A stretch of 64,000 bases of DNA from Prorocentrum cordatum (taxonomy: Eukaryota), in assembly GCA_963575745.1 (NCBI GenBank), contig CAUYUJ010000114.1:1054001-1118000 (forward strand), written 5' to 3'. Below, piece by piece: positions 1-12,790 of the stretch. Made by a program: the position numbers and the translations under genes. The notes below the pieces were generated by a model that did not search any database, had not been told where the DNA came from, and saw only the letters and a list, made by a program, of their open reading frames with translations. Every line of letters starts with the position of its first letter. Position 1 is the first letter of the stretch.

Positions 1-1883
1 AACACTGTTTCTGCGGCCCTCGCCTCTTCCTCGTTCGCTGCTGATGATGCGCGTGCCTAGAGCGCGTTGCTTGCCCCCCATCCTTTTTCTCCCGTCCGAG
101 CCAGTGAGTCCCGATTCAAGGCAGGTAGAATTTCGCACGTAACGCCGCCGCCCCCTCCGTTGCCCTCTTTTTGTTTCGTTATCTTCCGTAGCTGTTGCTG
201 TTGCCTGTTTTCGCCTTCTCCTGGCCACCTGGCGTGTGCGTACGTGCGTGTGTGCGTGCCTGCGTGTGGCGTTGGTGGTGTGTGTCCTGTTTCTTCTCGT
301 CCGTCGTTCCCCACCGTTCCCTTGTCGCGTGGTTGCTGGGGCGTGGCCTAAGATTGAATTGGGAGGACTCCCGATTCTCCTCCATTGCATGCTTGCCGAT
401 GGGAAGATGGTGTTCATGTAGGCCGCCACAGGTCCTTTCCCACCAGGACGGTCTCGTTTTGGGTCATTGGTTTTCCCCAGCGAGGCTGCAGGCTATAGCC
501 CCGAGCTATCCGCAGATCCTTCTACATATCTTGTCTTGGTCTTGCGGCGCGTGGCGTTCCAGGCGCCACCCACCAGGGTCGCAAGCGCCCCAATCCAGTC
601 CAATCGTTTTGCTTCCTCCCGCTCCTCCCGCAGCGCCAGCTCAATATGCGCGCGCGGCCGAGCCGGCGCCGTGGAGGCCCGCCATGCCCCGCAGAGTTTC
701 CAGAGGGGCGCGACAAACACAAACAAGCGCCGGTCCTCATGAAAAGATTCGGAAATACGGGGGATGGAGGGAAATAAGAACATCCATGTACGAATAACAT
801 ACACGGGGGGTGAATAATGGATTTCGCGTCGATTTGTGTTTGCGTCTCCTGTTTTTGCTGTGTTTTTTGGAGGGTCGGGAACGAATGCGAAGATTGGTTC
901 CGTTGCCTTTCGCGCGGTCATAGGCTCGTGGTTTTTGTCTCGCTGGCTGCGCTGGTCCACCCTCGTCCTTGCTGTTGCAATATTTCCTCGTCCCGTCCCC
1001 CCCTCCTCTTCCCTGCTGGTCCTCCTGATTGTGCTGTTGTGTTTTTTTGTTGCTTCTCTTCATGTTGCTGCTGCTTGTGCTGTTCCTGCTTATCGTCCTG
1101 TCTGCTGCGTCTGCTCCACATTCTCCTCTTCATTGCGCCGTTCACCCTCGTCCCCGTCATGATCGCCCATGTTCCTCTTCATCATATGTATGTTGCTCCT
1201 TGCTCCTGTTTTTGCTAGTGTTCCTGTTTCTCTTGCTCATCGTTGTCAAGCCTCCTGCTCGTCGTCCTTCTCCTGTTTCCTCTCACCCCGCCCATCCTTC
1301 TGGTCCATCTGTCTCCCGACATTCATTACACGCGGCCCCGAATATAGGTCGAATGGGGGGCCCAAGATGGCGTTTGACTGGACAGGCCAGCGACCTCGTG
1401 CACTCTCGGGGCGAAGGCATTTCCCGTCTCCCTGCCCCCTTCTCCTTCCCGACCCCCTCCTCCCTCCTCCCGTCTCCTTCTCCCCCGCCCCCCTCCTCCC
1501 CCCCTCCGCCCCTCCCCATTTCCGGTTGAAAATCGCATGGGGGGGATCGGAGGAATGGCGGTGCGCTCCCTGGTCTCGCCGCTTTCCTGCTCTCATACGG
1601 TTCCAAGAGGTCACGGGAAAGGGGCGAACGGGAATCCAGTTCGCCATTTTCTCCCAGACCCCCATATGGCTGTGGAGGTCGATCAATGGAGAGGAAACAT
1701 GTTGCCTGATACTTTCCACATGTCTCAAACACGTCTTAAACATATGTAAGACATGCTTAAAACGTGTTTAGAAGATTTCTCCTACATGTTAAACACACTC
1801 AAAACTCAACGATGGGACTGTTAGGGTGCCCACTGTCGTGGCACCCACAGCCCTATGGCCGCCGAGCGTGTCCCGAATCCTGT

Positions 1884-2024
1884 GGGCCATGATATTTTCC
1901 CAGATTTCATGGCGCCTCTTCCTTATTTCATTACGTCCCTGGCCCCCCCGCTGGGCCGCGCACATGCCGCCGGTCATGACTTGCAGTTCCCCCTCTTGGA
2001 CACCCCCCTCTTGGCCGCTCCCGA
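1884..2024. mobile_element. Family B MITE, 5'-truncated
   Basis: GGGCCATGAT...GCACATGCCGCCGGTCATGA...GGCCGCTCCCGA, as in the other copies. Confidence 0.8.
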
Positions 2025-4700
2025 TGCCGGTGGTGTGCCTCCACCCGATCTCGGTGGCGGTGGCAATCTTCTGGCTTCCAGGGCGGCCGAAATATTAGCA
2101 CCAGCACCGAAATCTAGGATCCGATGCCCCCCTGTGGAGGCACACCACCGATGTTGGTGCTGGTGCCAATCGACAATGGAGGTAGAAGAGTCCAAGATGC
2201 CCTCAGATGGCTCGAAGACGGCGCCAGATGCCTGCAAGGTCGTCCGAAGACAGCTCAAGAGGCCTCCTCCAGGGTTCGGGAACGGTTCCAGAGAGTGCCA
2301 AGATAGGCAAAGAGCCGGGCCCTCAGATATTTCCCGACTTTTTCAGAGACTCCAAGGTGGCTTCCAACTGGGTCCCAGGCAGGCCCGGATCGCTGAAGAT
2401 AGCTCCCAGGACGATCCCAAGAGGTCCCAACACCGCCCCAGGTCGGCTCCAAGAGGCCACGGTAAGCGGGCGAATTTGAAGTTAGTTCATAGTTTTCCAG
2501 GGCCCCGAGGTTGCCAACCTTTTTCTAGAAGTCGACAAGTGGGGCCCACGAGGCCCTCGAATAGAAGTGCTTTATCGGTTTGGGAGAGCGAATTTCTCGG
2601 GCCCTCAGGGCGCACGAGGTGGCCTCGGAGCGTTCAGGAGTCCAAGATGTCCTCTCCCAAGAATGCCCAGGCCAGGGTAGCCCAAGATCTGTCAATATAG
2701 CTTCAAGGATGCTTAAAGAGGCCTCCAGACCGCCCCAAGGCTCAAGAGAAAGCGGAACAGGGAGCGAATTGGATTCCAGTGCGCCGACTTCTCGGGCGTT
2801 TGAAATGTTAAAACCAATTCCAAAGTCGGCAGGAGGGCCTCACGAGGTTTTCACAACGATCAAATCCACTCTGGAGGGCGGGTTGGGAGCCGGCTCGCAA
2901 CTTCTTTCGGGCCCTCGGAGCGTCCAGTCTGGTTGCAGAGCGTCACGATGGCGTCCATGAAGGCCCAAATATAGCCCAAAGATTGCTCGAGATAGCTTCC
3001 GACACGCTTCGCGCCCCAAGACGGTCCCAAAAAACTAGATTCAAAGGGGCTAATTGGAGCACCGTTTGCCGAAATGGTTCCAACTCGACCAGTGGGGCCC
3101 ACGGGGCCCCTGAAGGAATGGCGCACGTACTCCATTTTCGAAGGCGAACTGGAGCCCAGTTCGCCACGTTACGGGCCCTCCGAGAGTCTCTGAAAGCCTC
3201 AGACTGTCCAAGGTGGTTTCCAAGAGGGTCCAAGATACCCCAAGATCATGGGTCATACCTTCCATGATGCTGGCAGCAGAAAAAGGGGCGGTGAATTGGC
3301 AGACCCCGCGGCCGCCTAGCGTTTCCTGAGAGGTGACAAGCGCGGCCCGCGAGTATCCCAGAGCGTCCAAGAGGGCGTCCGAGAGGCCTCAAGATAGACC
3401 AATCTGTTTCCATAGGGCCCCGCGAACGTCTCCCCACCCGAGGGTCGAGCTGCCAGAAAACAAGATGGTGCTGATCGCGACCCTCCCCGTGGTGTATCGA
3501 GAAGAGAGAAAAAACAAAGGGGCCCCGCGAACGTCCCAAGACGGCTCCAAGAGGCGACGGGACATTAGCGAATCGGAGTCCACTTCGCCGGTGCACGGGG
3601 CCCCGCGGCCGCCTGATAGTTCCACAAAGCCGACAAGCGGGGCCTGCGAGACTTTCAACAATGATGACGTCGTCCGTTTCGGAGGGCGAACTTGAATCCA
3701 GGTCGCCACTTGTCGGGCCTCCAGCGAGTTGACGATTGCCTCAGAGCGTCCGAGGTGACCTGTCAGAGGGCCTGAGAGAGCTTCCAAGGTCGCTCGGGCA
3801 TCCAAAATGCTTCCGACAGGCCCCAAGACCGCCCCTATACGGCTCCAAGAGGCCACGGCAGAGGGACGGGTTGGAATCTCGTTCGCCGCTTTTCTGGGCT
3901 CCGCAGCCACCGAACATACATATGAATGGGTATGGGTGAGGAGGGGGAGGCGTGCCACCGAGAACAAGAACCCCGCACGCAGGAACTGTGGAAAGCGAAC
4001 ATGCCAGTCTCCTTCGCCGTCGTCCGTCGCCATCTCCGCGGTCGTCGTCCACCGTCCGTCGTCGCCGTATAGTCGTCGTCGAGGTCGTCGTCGTCGTCGA
4101 CGTCGCCGACGTAGCCGCCGCCGCCTTCCTCCGTCCACCGTCCGCCGTCCGCCGCCCGCCGCCCGCCGCCCGTCGCCCGTCGCCCGTCGCCCGTCGCCCG
4201 TCGGCCGTCCGCCGGCCGTCCGCAGCCTGTCACCCGCGCGGCCCGCGCTCCCTTCCCCCCCCCCCCCCCTGCACAGCGCGCTGGAGACGCGCGCCGTGGC
4301 GGCGTCCGTCCGCAGCCTGTCACCCGCGCGGCCCGCGCCCCCGTCCCCCCCCCCCCCCGGCACAGCGCGCTGGAGACGCGCCCCGTGGCCTCGCTGCCCC
4401 TGCCCGCCGCCTTCGCCACCGCGGTGGCCACGGGCGGCGTCGCGGCCTCGGCCGGAGCCTTTTGGCGGCGCCGTCGGGCAGCGCCGCTCGGCCATCGCCG
4501 TGGTCGGCTTCGCCGCCGCCGGCCGTCGCCGCCGTGGTCGTTTTCGGCGTCGCGGGGGGTCACGTCAGGGCTGCGTGGGCTCCCAACCCTCCTTGTCAAA
4601 CCTCCTCCTCCTCCTCCTCCTCCTCCGCTTCCTTCCCCTCCTCCATCCTCCCCCTCCTCGACCTCCTCCTCCTTCTCATCCTCCTTCTCCTCCTCCTCCT

Positions 4701-4722
4701 TCCGTAGCCATTCTGGTTCAAG
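4701..4722 (+). other. Spliced-leader relic
   Basis: TCCGTAGCCATTCTGGTTCAAG, 20/22 to dinoSL, directly after a CCT microsatellite. Confidence 0.85.
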
Positions 4723-6320
4723 TTCAAACCGCTGGGTTTGGACGGCTTCAATTTGTCCGCAACTGGGAGGCCTGGGTCAAGACTTCTTGCTTGCAGGACT
4801 GCTGCCTTCTCCACATACGATCCCCACATGAGGTCGCCAGACCGTTGTGGGCACGAGCTTGGCCACACACCACCTCCCGTCCTCAGGCATGGTTGCTGGC
4901 CGCGTAGCTCGCAGGGGCGCCAAGAAGGGCTGGGGCAGCGACGGCATCAGCCCGTCCAAACCTCGTGGCAGATGAGCCGTTTTCGTATCGACGTGACCAC
5001 TCGCTGTCTTTTTCACGGTCGCCGAGCAGGGGACCCAGGAGCAGAAGCACTCGGGAGATTGACCGTGCGCCAGATGAGCCGATTGCATGGACATCCGCCC
5101 TGATGTGTGACCTTCGTGAGACTACCGGCAAGAGTTTCTGGACCCCGAGACCTCCATGCGCACCCAGATCTGCGACATAACGACCACGATCCAGGAGCAC
5201 GATGCGCGTATGAGTATACTCAAACAGCGAACGCCATGGAATCGCCAGGCCGTGATACACTGCGCGACGCTGTCGCCAAGATGATGGCCGCGAAGTTCGA
5301 TGTCATCAAGTCGCAGTCTGACCAGACGATGACGGCTCCACCTCCCCAGCTCGGCCGTCCCCAACCTGAGGTTAACTCCCGGGGACAAGAGTCCAACCCG
5401 AAGCGCGTGTTCGTGGGCGGTTTCCCCATGCCTGTCTTGGCCAGGGTGGTGATTTTTGCTGGCCGACCAGCTGAAGCCGATGGCGCTCGTTCCTCAGGGC
5501 ACGGGGTTCACGGTGAAGGCCCACAACATGAGCAAGTCATGGCATTGGCATTGACGATGAGATGCGCGCTCGCGAATTCGTTGACACGGTAAAGTGCAAG
5601 GGCTCGACCTGGCGCGACCCGAAGTCCAATGCCGTCGTCGAGTTGCGCGCCAGGATGGAGGCCCCCCGCCAGCGTCCGCAGGCGGAACACAGCGTTGGGC
5701 ATGCCTTGGTCCAAGGTGCAGGCTTGCATGAAGGAACGGTCTCTCTGGAGAGCGACCATTCAAGGCCTTCAAGGCGATTCATTGGCTTACGCCGCACCGC
5801 CGACCCCTTGGGGCGGCAGCAAGAGTGAAAGACGGACTTCGCAGAACGCGCGCGATCGCTGGGCAATCTTGGGGCTTCGGCCTGTCTTACGTAGCGTGTG
5901 GGGTTCAAGGGGGGGCCTTGTAGTGGATTGTTTTGAAGTTTTTCGTGGTCTTATGTGGGTTGCTCGGGGCCTTCACGGGGCCTGTCCCAGGCCTCCTTAT
6001 CCACCCCCTGGAAAGGCTCGGGGATCGTTGCGACCCAGCTGGGGGTGCGTCCGGCCAGAAGTTCGAGAGTGGACCCAGTTGTGTCGACGAGGAGCTTCCT
6101 GAAGGCCCAGAGGGGGCGGAGAGCGCCCAAGAACTAGGAGTCTCATGCCGCGAGCCTCGATCCACCCCGTGCTCCTTCCTTTGCGAAGGGGAGGCACTGG
6201 CCAGGGAGGTCGATCCTCATCCCAGGCCCTCGGTGGTGGTCCCGGGCACCAGAAACGGCTCCTGGAGGCTGAATTCGAGGAGATGCTTCGGGTGGTCGAA
6301 AGACCATGAACATTTGTGAA
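4723..6320 (+). pseudogene. Decayed retroposed sequence downstream of the SL relic (possibly LINE 5' region/ORF1)
   Basis: Non-repetitive, coding-like fragments in shifting frames (DAVAKMMAAKFDVIK, NPKRVFVGGFPMPVL, WRDPKSNAVVELRAR). No recognisable family. Confidence 0.35.
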
Positions 6321-6401
6321 ACTTAGGCAGTATTCGATTGTGGCCTCTTGGGCCCCTTTTGAGAATGCTCTTGGTAGTCCCGGCAGTACCGAGTGTTACA
6401 C

Positions 6402-6549
6402 GTATGTAGATGTGTATGCATGTATGTATGTATGCATGCATGCATGCATACATGCATGCATGCATGCATGCATGCATGCATGCATGTATGTATGTATGTA
6501 TGTATGTATGTATGTTTGTATGTATGTATGTATGTATGTATGTTTGTAT

Positions 6550-6586
<37 letters not shown>

Positions 6587-6613
6587 TACATGTATGCATA
6601 TACATATATGTAT
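6402..6613. repeat. Compound (TATG)/(TGCA)/(TA) microsatellite
   Basis: Directly visible. Confidence 0.95.
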
Positions 6614-9600
6614 ATCGAAGACGCCTACGGCGAATCACCGCCGCCCCCTGCCTTTGTGGAAGCGCCTATGTGGCCGAACGTTGAGGCCAGACCTGCCAAG
6701 CCATCGGACCATGTGTTCCCCGAATCGGTTTGGAAAGCCTTCGGGGAACACGTGGGCGTCTTGATGGTCATCGTCGCCGTCTTGGAGGCCTCTTGGGCGA
6801 TCTTTCGGCGATCTTTGGGGGCTCTTGGGCCGTCTCGGGCCGTCGGAAGGCCGAAAGAAGGGAAATGCCCAAATCCATCAAAAACCTTGGGAAAATCAGT
6901 GATTTTGGCATCTTTTGGCCTTCCTGGAGGCCCTCTTGGGGGCCTCTTGGGCCCTTTTGGGCCAGCTTCGAGCCAACTTCGGCCATCTTGGTGGGTTCCT
7001 GGCACGTCTGACGCCGTCGGGAGCCGTTTTGGGGGCCTTTCTGGGCCAACGGGGGACCCTCTTGGGGCGCTCCAGGGCCGTCTTGGAGGCCATCTTGGGC
7101 GTCTTGGAGGCCATCTTGTGTTGGAGGCCTCTTGGGCCGTCTTGGGGCCCTCTAGGGGCCATCTTGGAGGCCACTTGGGCCATCAGGGGGCTCTCTTGGG
7201 GGCCTCTTGGGCGATCTTGGGGGCTTCTTGGGCCGTCTTGAGCCGTCGGAGAGCCGAAAAGGCGCAAATGCCAAAATCCTTCAAAAACCAAGGGAAAATC
7301 AATGATTTTGCCCTCTTCGGACTCTCCTGGAGGACCTCTTGGAGGCCTCTTGGGCCGTCTGGGAGGCCTCTGGGGGGCCTCTTGGGCCGTCTTGGGCCGT
7401 CTTGGACTCTCTTGGGCCGTTTGGAGGCCGTCTTGGACCATCTCGGGCGGACTTGGAGGCCATCTTGGGCCATCTTCGCGATTTTTTGAGGATGTCCCGA
7501 GCGAAACGGCCGTTTTTGGGCACGGTGGCGGGACGGGCCGGAGCCCACTGGGGAGTTCTTTTGGAAAAAGAACCAAAACCAAAACCTGAAACATCCAGCA
7601 CGCCGTGCACCCCTGCAAGCAGGGGGCGGCGGATCGAAGACGCCTACGGCGAATCACCGCCGCCCCCTGCCTTTGTGGAAGCGCCTATGTGGCCGAACGT
7701 TGAGGCCAGACCTGCCAAGCCATCGGACCATGTGTTCCCCGAATCGGTTTGGAAAGCCTTCGGGGAACACGTGAGCGTCTTGATGGTCATCGTCGCCGTC
7801 TTGGAGGCCTCTTGGGCGATCTTTCGGCGATCTTTGGGGGCTCTTGGGCCGTGTCGGGCCGTCGGAAGGCCGAAAAAAGGGAAATGCCCAAATCCATCAA
7901 AAACCTTGGGAAAATCAGTGATTTTGGCATCTTTTGGCCTTCCTGGAGGCCCTCTTGGGGGCCTCTTGGGCCCTTTTGGGCCAGCTTCGAGCCAACTTCG
8001 GCCATCTTGGTGGGTTCCTGGCACGTCTGACGCCGTCGGGAGCCGTTTTGGGGGCCTTTCTGGGCCAACGGGGGACCCTCTTGGGGCGCTCCAGGGCCGT
8101 CTTGGAGGCCATCTTGGGCGTCTTGGAGGCCATCTTGGGCGTGTTGGAGGCCTCTTGGGCCGTCTTGGGGCCCTCTAGGGGCCATCTTGGAGGCCACTTG
8201 GGCCATCAGGGGGCTCTCTTGGGGGCCTCTTGGGCGATCTTGGGGGCTTCTTGGGCCGTCTTGAGCCGTCGGAGAGCCGAAAAGGCGCAAATGCCAAAAT
8301 CCTTCAAAAACCAATGGAAAATCAATGATTTTGCCCTCTTCGGACTCTCCTGGAGGACCTCTTGGAGGCCTCTTGGGCCGTCTGGGAGGCCTCTGGGGGG
8401 CCTCTTGGGCCGTCTTGGGCCGTCTTGGACTCTCTTGGGCCGTTTTGGAGGCCGTCTTGGACCATCTCGGGCGGACTTGGAGGCCATCTTGGGCCATCTT
8501 CGCGATTTTTTGAGGATGTCCCGAGCGAAACGGCCGTTTTTGGGCACGGTGGCGGGACGGGCCGGAGCCCACTGGGGAGTTCTTTTGGAAAAAGAACCAA
8601 AACCAAAACCTGAAACATCCAGCACGCCGTGCACCCCTGCAAGCAGGGGGCGGCGGATCGAAGACGCCTACGGCGAATCACCGCCGCCCCCTGCCTTTGT
8701 GGAAGCGCCTATGTGGCCGAACGTTGAGGCCAGACCTGCCAAGCCATCGGACCATGTGTTCCCCGAATCGGTTTGGAAAGCCTTCGGGGAACACGTGGGC
8801 GTCTTGATGGTCATCGTCGTCGTCTTGGAGGCCTCTTGGGCGATCTTTCGGCGATCTTTGGGGGCTCTTGGGCCGTCTCGGGCCGTCGGAAGGCCGAAAG
8901 AAGGGAAATGCCCAAATCCATCAAAAACCTTGGGAAAATCAGTGATTTTGGCATCTTTTGGCCTTCCTGGAGGCCCTCTTGGGGGCCTCTTGGGCCCTTT
9001 TGGGCCAGCTTCGAGCCAACTTCGGCCATCTTGGTGGGTTCCTGGCACGTCTGACGCCGTCGGGAGCCGTTTTGGGGGCCTTTCTGGGCCAACGGGGGAC
9101 CCTCTTGGGGCGCTCCAGGGCCGTCTTGGAGGCCATCTTGGGCGTCTTGGAGGCCATCTTGGGCGTGTTGGAGGCCTCTTGGGCCGTCTTGGGGCCCTCT
9201 AGGGGCCATCTTGGAGGCCACTTGGGCCATCAGGGGGCTCTCTTGGGGGCCTCTTGGGCGATCTTGGGGGCTTCTTGGGCCGTCTTGAGCCGTCGGAGAG
9301 CCGAAAAGGCGCAAATGCCAAAATCCTTCAAAAACCAATGGAAAATCAATGATTTTGCCCTCTTCGGACTCTCCTGGAGGACCTCTTGGAGGCCTCTTGG
9401 GCCGTCTGGGAGGCCTCTGGGGGGCCTCTTGGGCCGTCTTGGGCCGTCTTGGACTCTCTTGGGCCGTTTTGGAGGCCGTCTTGGACCATCTCGGGCGGAC
9501 TTGGAGGCCATCTTGGGCCATCTTCGCGATTTTTTGAGGATGTCCCGAGCGAAACGGCCGTTTTTGCGCACGGTGGCGGGTTCTGCCGGAGCCCACTGGG

Positions 9601-9685
9601 GAGTTCTTTTGGAAAAAGAACCAAAACCAAAACCTAACAGCTCATCCAGCACGCCGTGCACCCCTGCAAGCAGGGGGCGGCGGAT
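6614..9685 (+). mobile_element. Head-to-tail trimer of a ~1.02-kb non-coding element
   Basis: Units begin ATCGAAGACGCCTACGGCG at 6614, 7633 and 8657 and end GCAGGGGGCGGCGG(AT). Lengths about 1019, 1024 and 1027; near identical. Confidence 0.9.
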
Positions 9686-10479
9686 ATAGTGGCCGTCGGC
9701 CCATCCCGCCACCGTGCCTTGGTTGTCGGCCTGAGATCCTTGGTGCCTGGGTTGCGGGGTAGAAGTCACATGCATCAAGTGGTACTTGGGGCTTCTTTTG
9801 AGTTTTTTGGGGGCTTTTGGGGCCTCTTTGAAGGGCCTTTTGGGGGGCCTCTTGGGGCCTCTTGGGGGGCCTCTTGGGGGCCTCATGGGCCCTGTTGGGC
9901 GCCTCTTGGGCCCCCCTGTGACCGCTTTGGGGCGGGCGGCTCGGATTGTTGGTTCAGGCTCCCCCTCTTGGGTTTCTCTTTGGGCCGTCTTGGGTCACTT
10001 TTGGGCCGTCTTGGGAGCCTCTTGGGCCGTCTTGGCGCCCTCTTGGGGTGTCGAGCGCCTCTTCGGAGCCTATTGGGCCGTTTTGGGGCGGTCTTGGGGG
10101 ACTGGGGCCGTCTTCAGCGCCGTGAAGGCCGAACAGTCGTGTATGATAAAGATGTACGTCTCCCCATAGGAATTCGACGATTTTGGCCCCTTGGGCCACT
10201 TTGGGGAAAGCTCTTGGAGACTTCCTGGGCCGTCTGGGAGGCTTAGGGGTTCAGGGAGGGGGAAGCATCTCACACGCCATGACCCCAAGGGGTCGGCCGA
10301 TTCTCTTTCTGATCGAGAACGACGAGCGCACGATCATGCACGAAGTGAAGGAGCTGCAGCTCAACCAGTTCGATGCGCAGCTGCACTGCGAGAGTTTGGC
10401 GGAGCTTGGCATCGTCAGTCCGCGTCTCTCCCCTGGGCTCCTGTCGCCCAAGGAGGCCAGGAAAACCACTTTCCCGGGG

Positions 10480-10820
10480 GCGCCCGTCCCCTCTCCCTCT
10501 CCAGCGCGGACAACAACATCGCGCGGTCTGCCCTTGCAAAACCCTTCCCAACCGCGGCAGCAGCAAGTGCCGACCCCACCCAGACAGGATTCGTCAAGGG
10601 GAGGAGCCTCATTGACAATCTTGTGCTTCTTGACGGCAGGCTGCTAGGACGGGCAGGTGCTCTAGGACGGATGATTGCTGGAGGCTGCCTGCTCGACGTC
10701 CGCCAGGCCTTCGCGAGCGTCTTCCACCGGTGGCCCTCCAAGGTTTTAGGCAAGATGGGGCTCCCAGAGAAGACCCGCGTGGACATTCAATGGCTGTGCC
10801 GTAGCGCGTTCAATTTTGTT
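10480..10820 (+). mobile_element. Decayed non-LTR (LINE) reverse transcriptase, N-terminal motifs
   Basis: RPLSLSSADNNI...PTQTGFVKGRSLIDNLVLLD...LLDVRQAFASVFHRW..KVLGKMGLP matches LINE RT motifs RPISL, Q-GF-GRS--DN and LD--KAFD-V. Confidence 0.85.
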
Positions 10821-11689
10821 GGCCGGCTTGAGCTCAATTTGTTTTGGTTTTGGGCGAGGAGGAGGAGGAGGGGGAGGAGGAGAAGGAGGGGGAGGGGGAG
10901 GAGGACAAGCTAGGTGCGCTCGCGTCATATCTGACGTCCTACCCCTCCCTCCCATCCTTTACCATGGCGCTGATTTTCTCTATCCACGGACGCGTGTCGT
11001 AGCGGACCTGTGGCTCCGCGCGCGCGTGCGTAGTGGGTGGTGGTGCACGTGCGTGCGTGCGTGCGTGCGTGTGTGCGTGGTTGTGGTGGTGGTGCTGGTG
11101 CTGGTGCTGGTGCTGGTGCTGGTGCTCGTGCTGGTGCTGGTGCTGGTGCTGGTGCTGGTGCTGGTTGTGATGGTGGTGGTGGTGGTGGTGGTGGTGGTGG
11201 TGGTGGTGGTGGTGGTGGTGGTGCGGCGCGGTGGTGGCGGGCGGATGGGCGCGTGAGAAAGAGGCCCGCGCTGGGGCGATAACGCCATCCTGAACGACGG
11301 AGGCCAAACACCGATCCGAAAATGAGGCCCACGCTGCAGCGGGAGCACGAGTCGGAACGATTCGGGAGCAGAAATGAGGCCGGCGCCTCAGCGAGAGCAT
11401 CATTTGGAAAAAAAACGCGGGCGAAAACCCGTTTCCCGGGAATCCTGTATGCAAAAAAACAGTACGCGGGGGGCGTTCGGCCCGAAAATGACGCCGGCGC
11501 CTCAGCGAGAGTCGTTTCCCGGGATTTCCCGGGAATCCTGTGTGTAAAAAAGCAGTACGCGGAGGGTGCGCGGCCATCACCTGGACGCCATCAGGGGAAG
11601 AGGGAGAGTATTTTTATATTGAGTAATTGTGGAGGAGGAGGAGGAGGAGGAGGAGGAGGAGGAGGAGGAGGAGGAGGAGGGGGTGGGGG

Positions 11690-12790
11690 GGGGGGGCGAA
11701 GCAGGGCCGCCCTCTGTCTGGGGCACGCCGCGCTCTCATCGTGGATCCCGGGGTTCGGCGCGTTTGGAGCCTCCGGTGCACGCTGGAATTCCGTTTGGCG
11801 GCGTTCGCCGACGCTTTCGCATTCGCCTGCGCGGGCATGCTCGAACGTTTCCCTGCCGTGCGCGCTCCGTCTCCCGGGTCGCGCTAGGCCTATCACACTG
11901 GCCCGGTGTTCAACATCGACAAGTGCATTCTTCTCAGGACCAACGCCCAGGAGGCCATTCAGAGTTTTACCAGGGCCAGGCTCGACATCTCGCGATTCAG
12001 GATCCAGGGCATACCGGGGTGTAGTTGTAGGCCACGGTGCTGAAAGTCAAGAAGGTGGGCGGGAGTCTAGTGGGCAGCATAGTGGCGCACAACGCGTACG
12101 CTGCCCCAGTGCGTAGCCGCGTTGCACAGTTCTTGCCATCTCCGAAGTTTGTCAAGGCCAAAGAGCACGAGAGTCACCACGCTTTGGATCGTGCCCCTTC
12201 GGCATGCGATTCCGCGTCGAGTTTTCTTCCACACTAGTGCGCTGGGCCTGGGCGAAAACACTGCTCGCCTCAGCTCCGTGTCGCAGGCGACGGTTGCCAG
12301 GGCCGCCATCCAGAGTTCCGCTTTCCACGAGATGAGCGATTGGCTGAAAAACGATATGGGGTTAGATGGTGCCCATATCAGAGCTCGCCATGTCCACCCC
12401 CTCTTCTCCAACTCGGCGTTCTACAGTATGGCCCAACTTCCCGAATAATCTTCCCGCCAGGCGTCTACCAAACGCCCTCGCCAAGGTCATTAACAGTAAG
12501 CTATTCGATGTACAGGTTGAAGATATTTTCGGAGGTATAGTTGGAAATAGGAATCCCACTGCTAATAAACTTCATCTTGATATGATCCGCTTTAGGCTTC
12601 TCCTCACATTCAAATCGATTCCGCGTGTTTTGTTAGACCGGTGTGATGAGAATGATTTTCAATGCGTCGCCCACTGCACGTAATTTCCGCCAACATGCAG
12701 GATCAGTCGCGATGCAGTTTTTCACCATGTTGCTTCCTTCCCTGTTCGGCACTTCCTCCAGCCTGGGGGTGTGACCATCTCGCTGTAATC
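11690..12790 (+). mobile_element. Decayed LINE reverse transcriptase, catalytic and C-terminal part
   Basis: GAKQGRPLSG (GxxQGCPLS) about 11693-11722. AFADA (degenerate FADD) 11801-11815. In-frame stop at 11885-11887. FNIDKCIL about 11909. YRGVVVGHGA (YLG motif) about 12011, then frameshifted fragments. 3' limit approximate. Confidence 0.8.

Noticed and set aside
6410..9886. 200-420 aa ORFs in the trimer
   Set aside because: Translations of the TCTTGG minisatellite. Frames differ between near-identical units and there are no transposase motifs.
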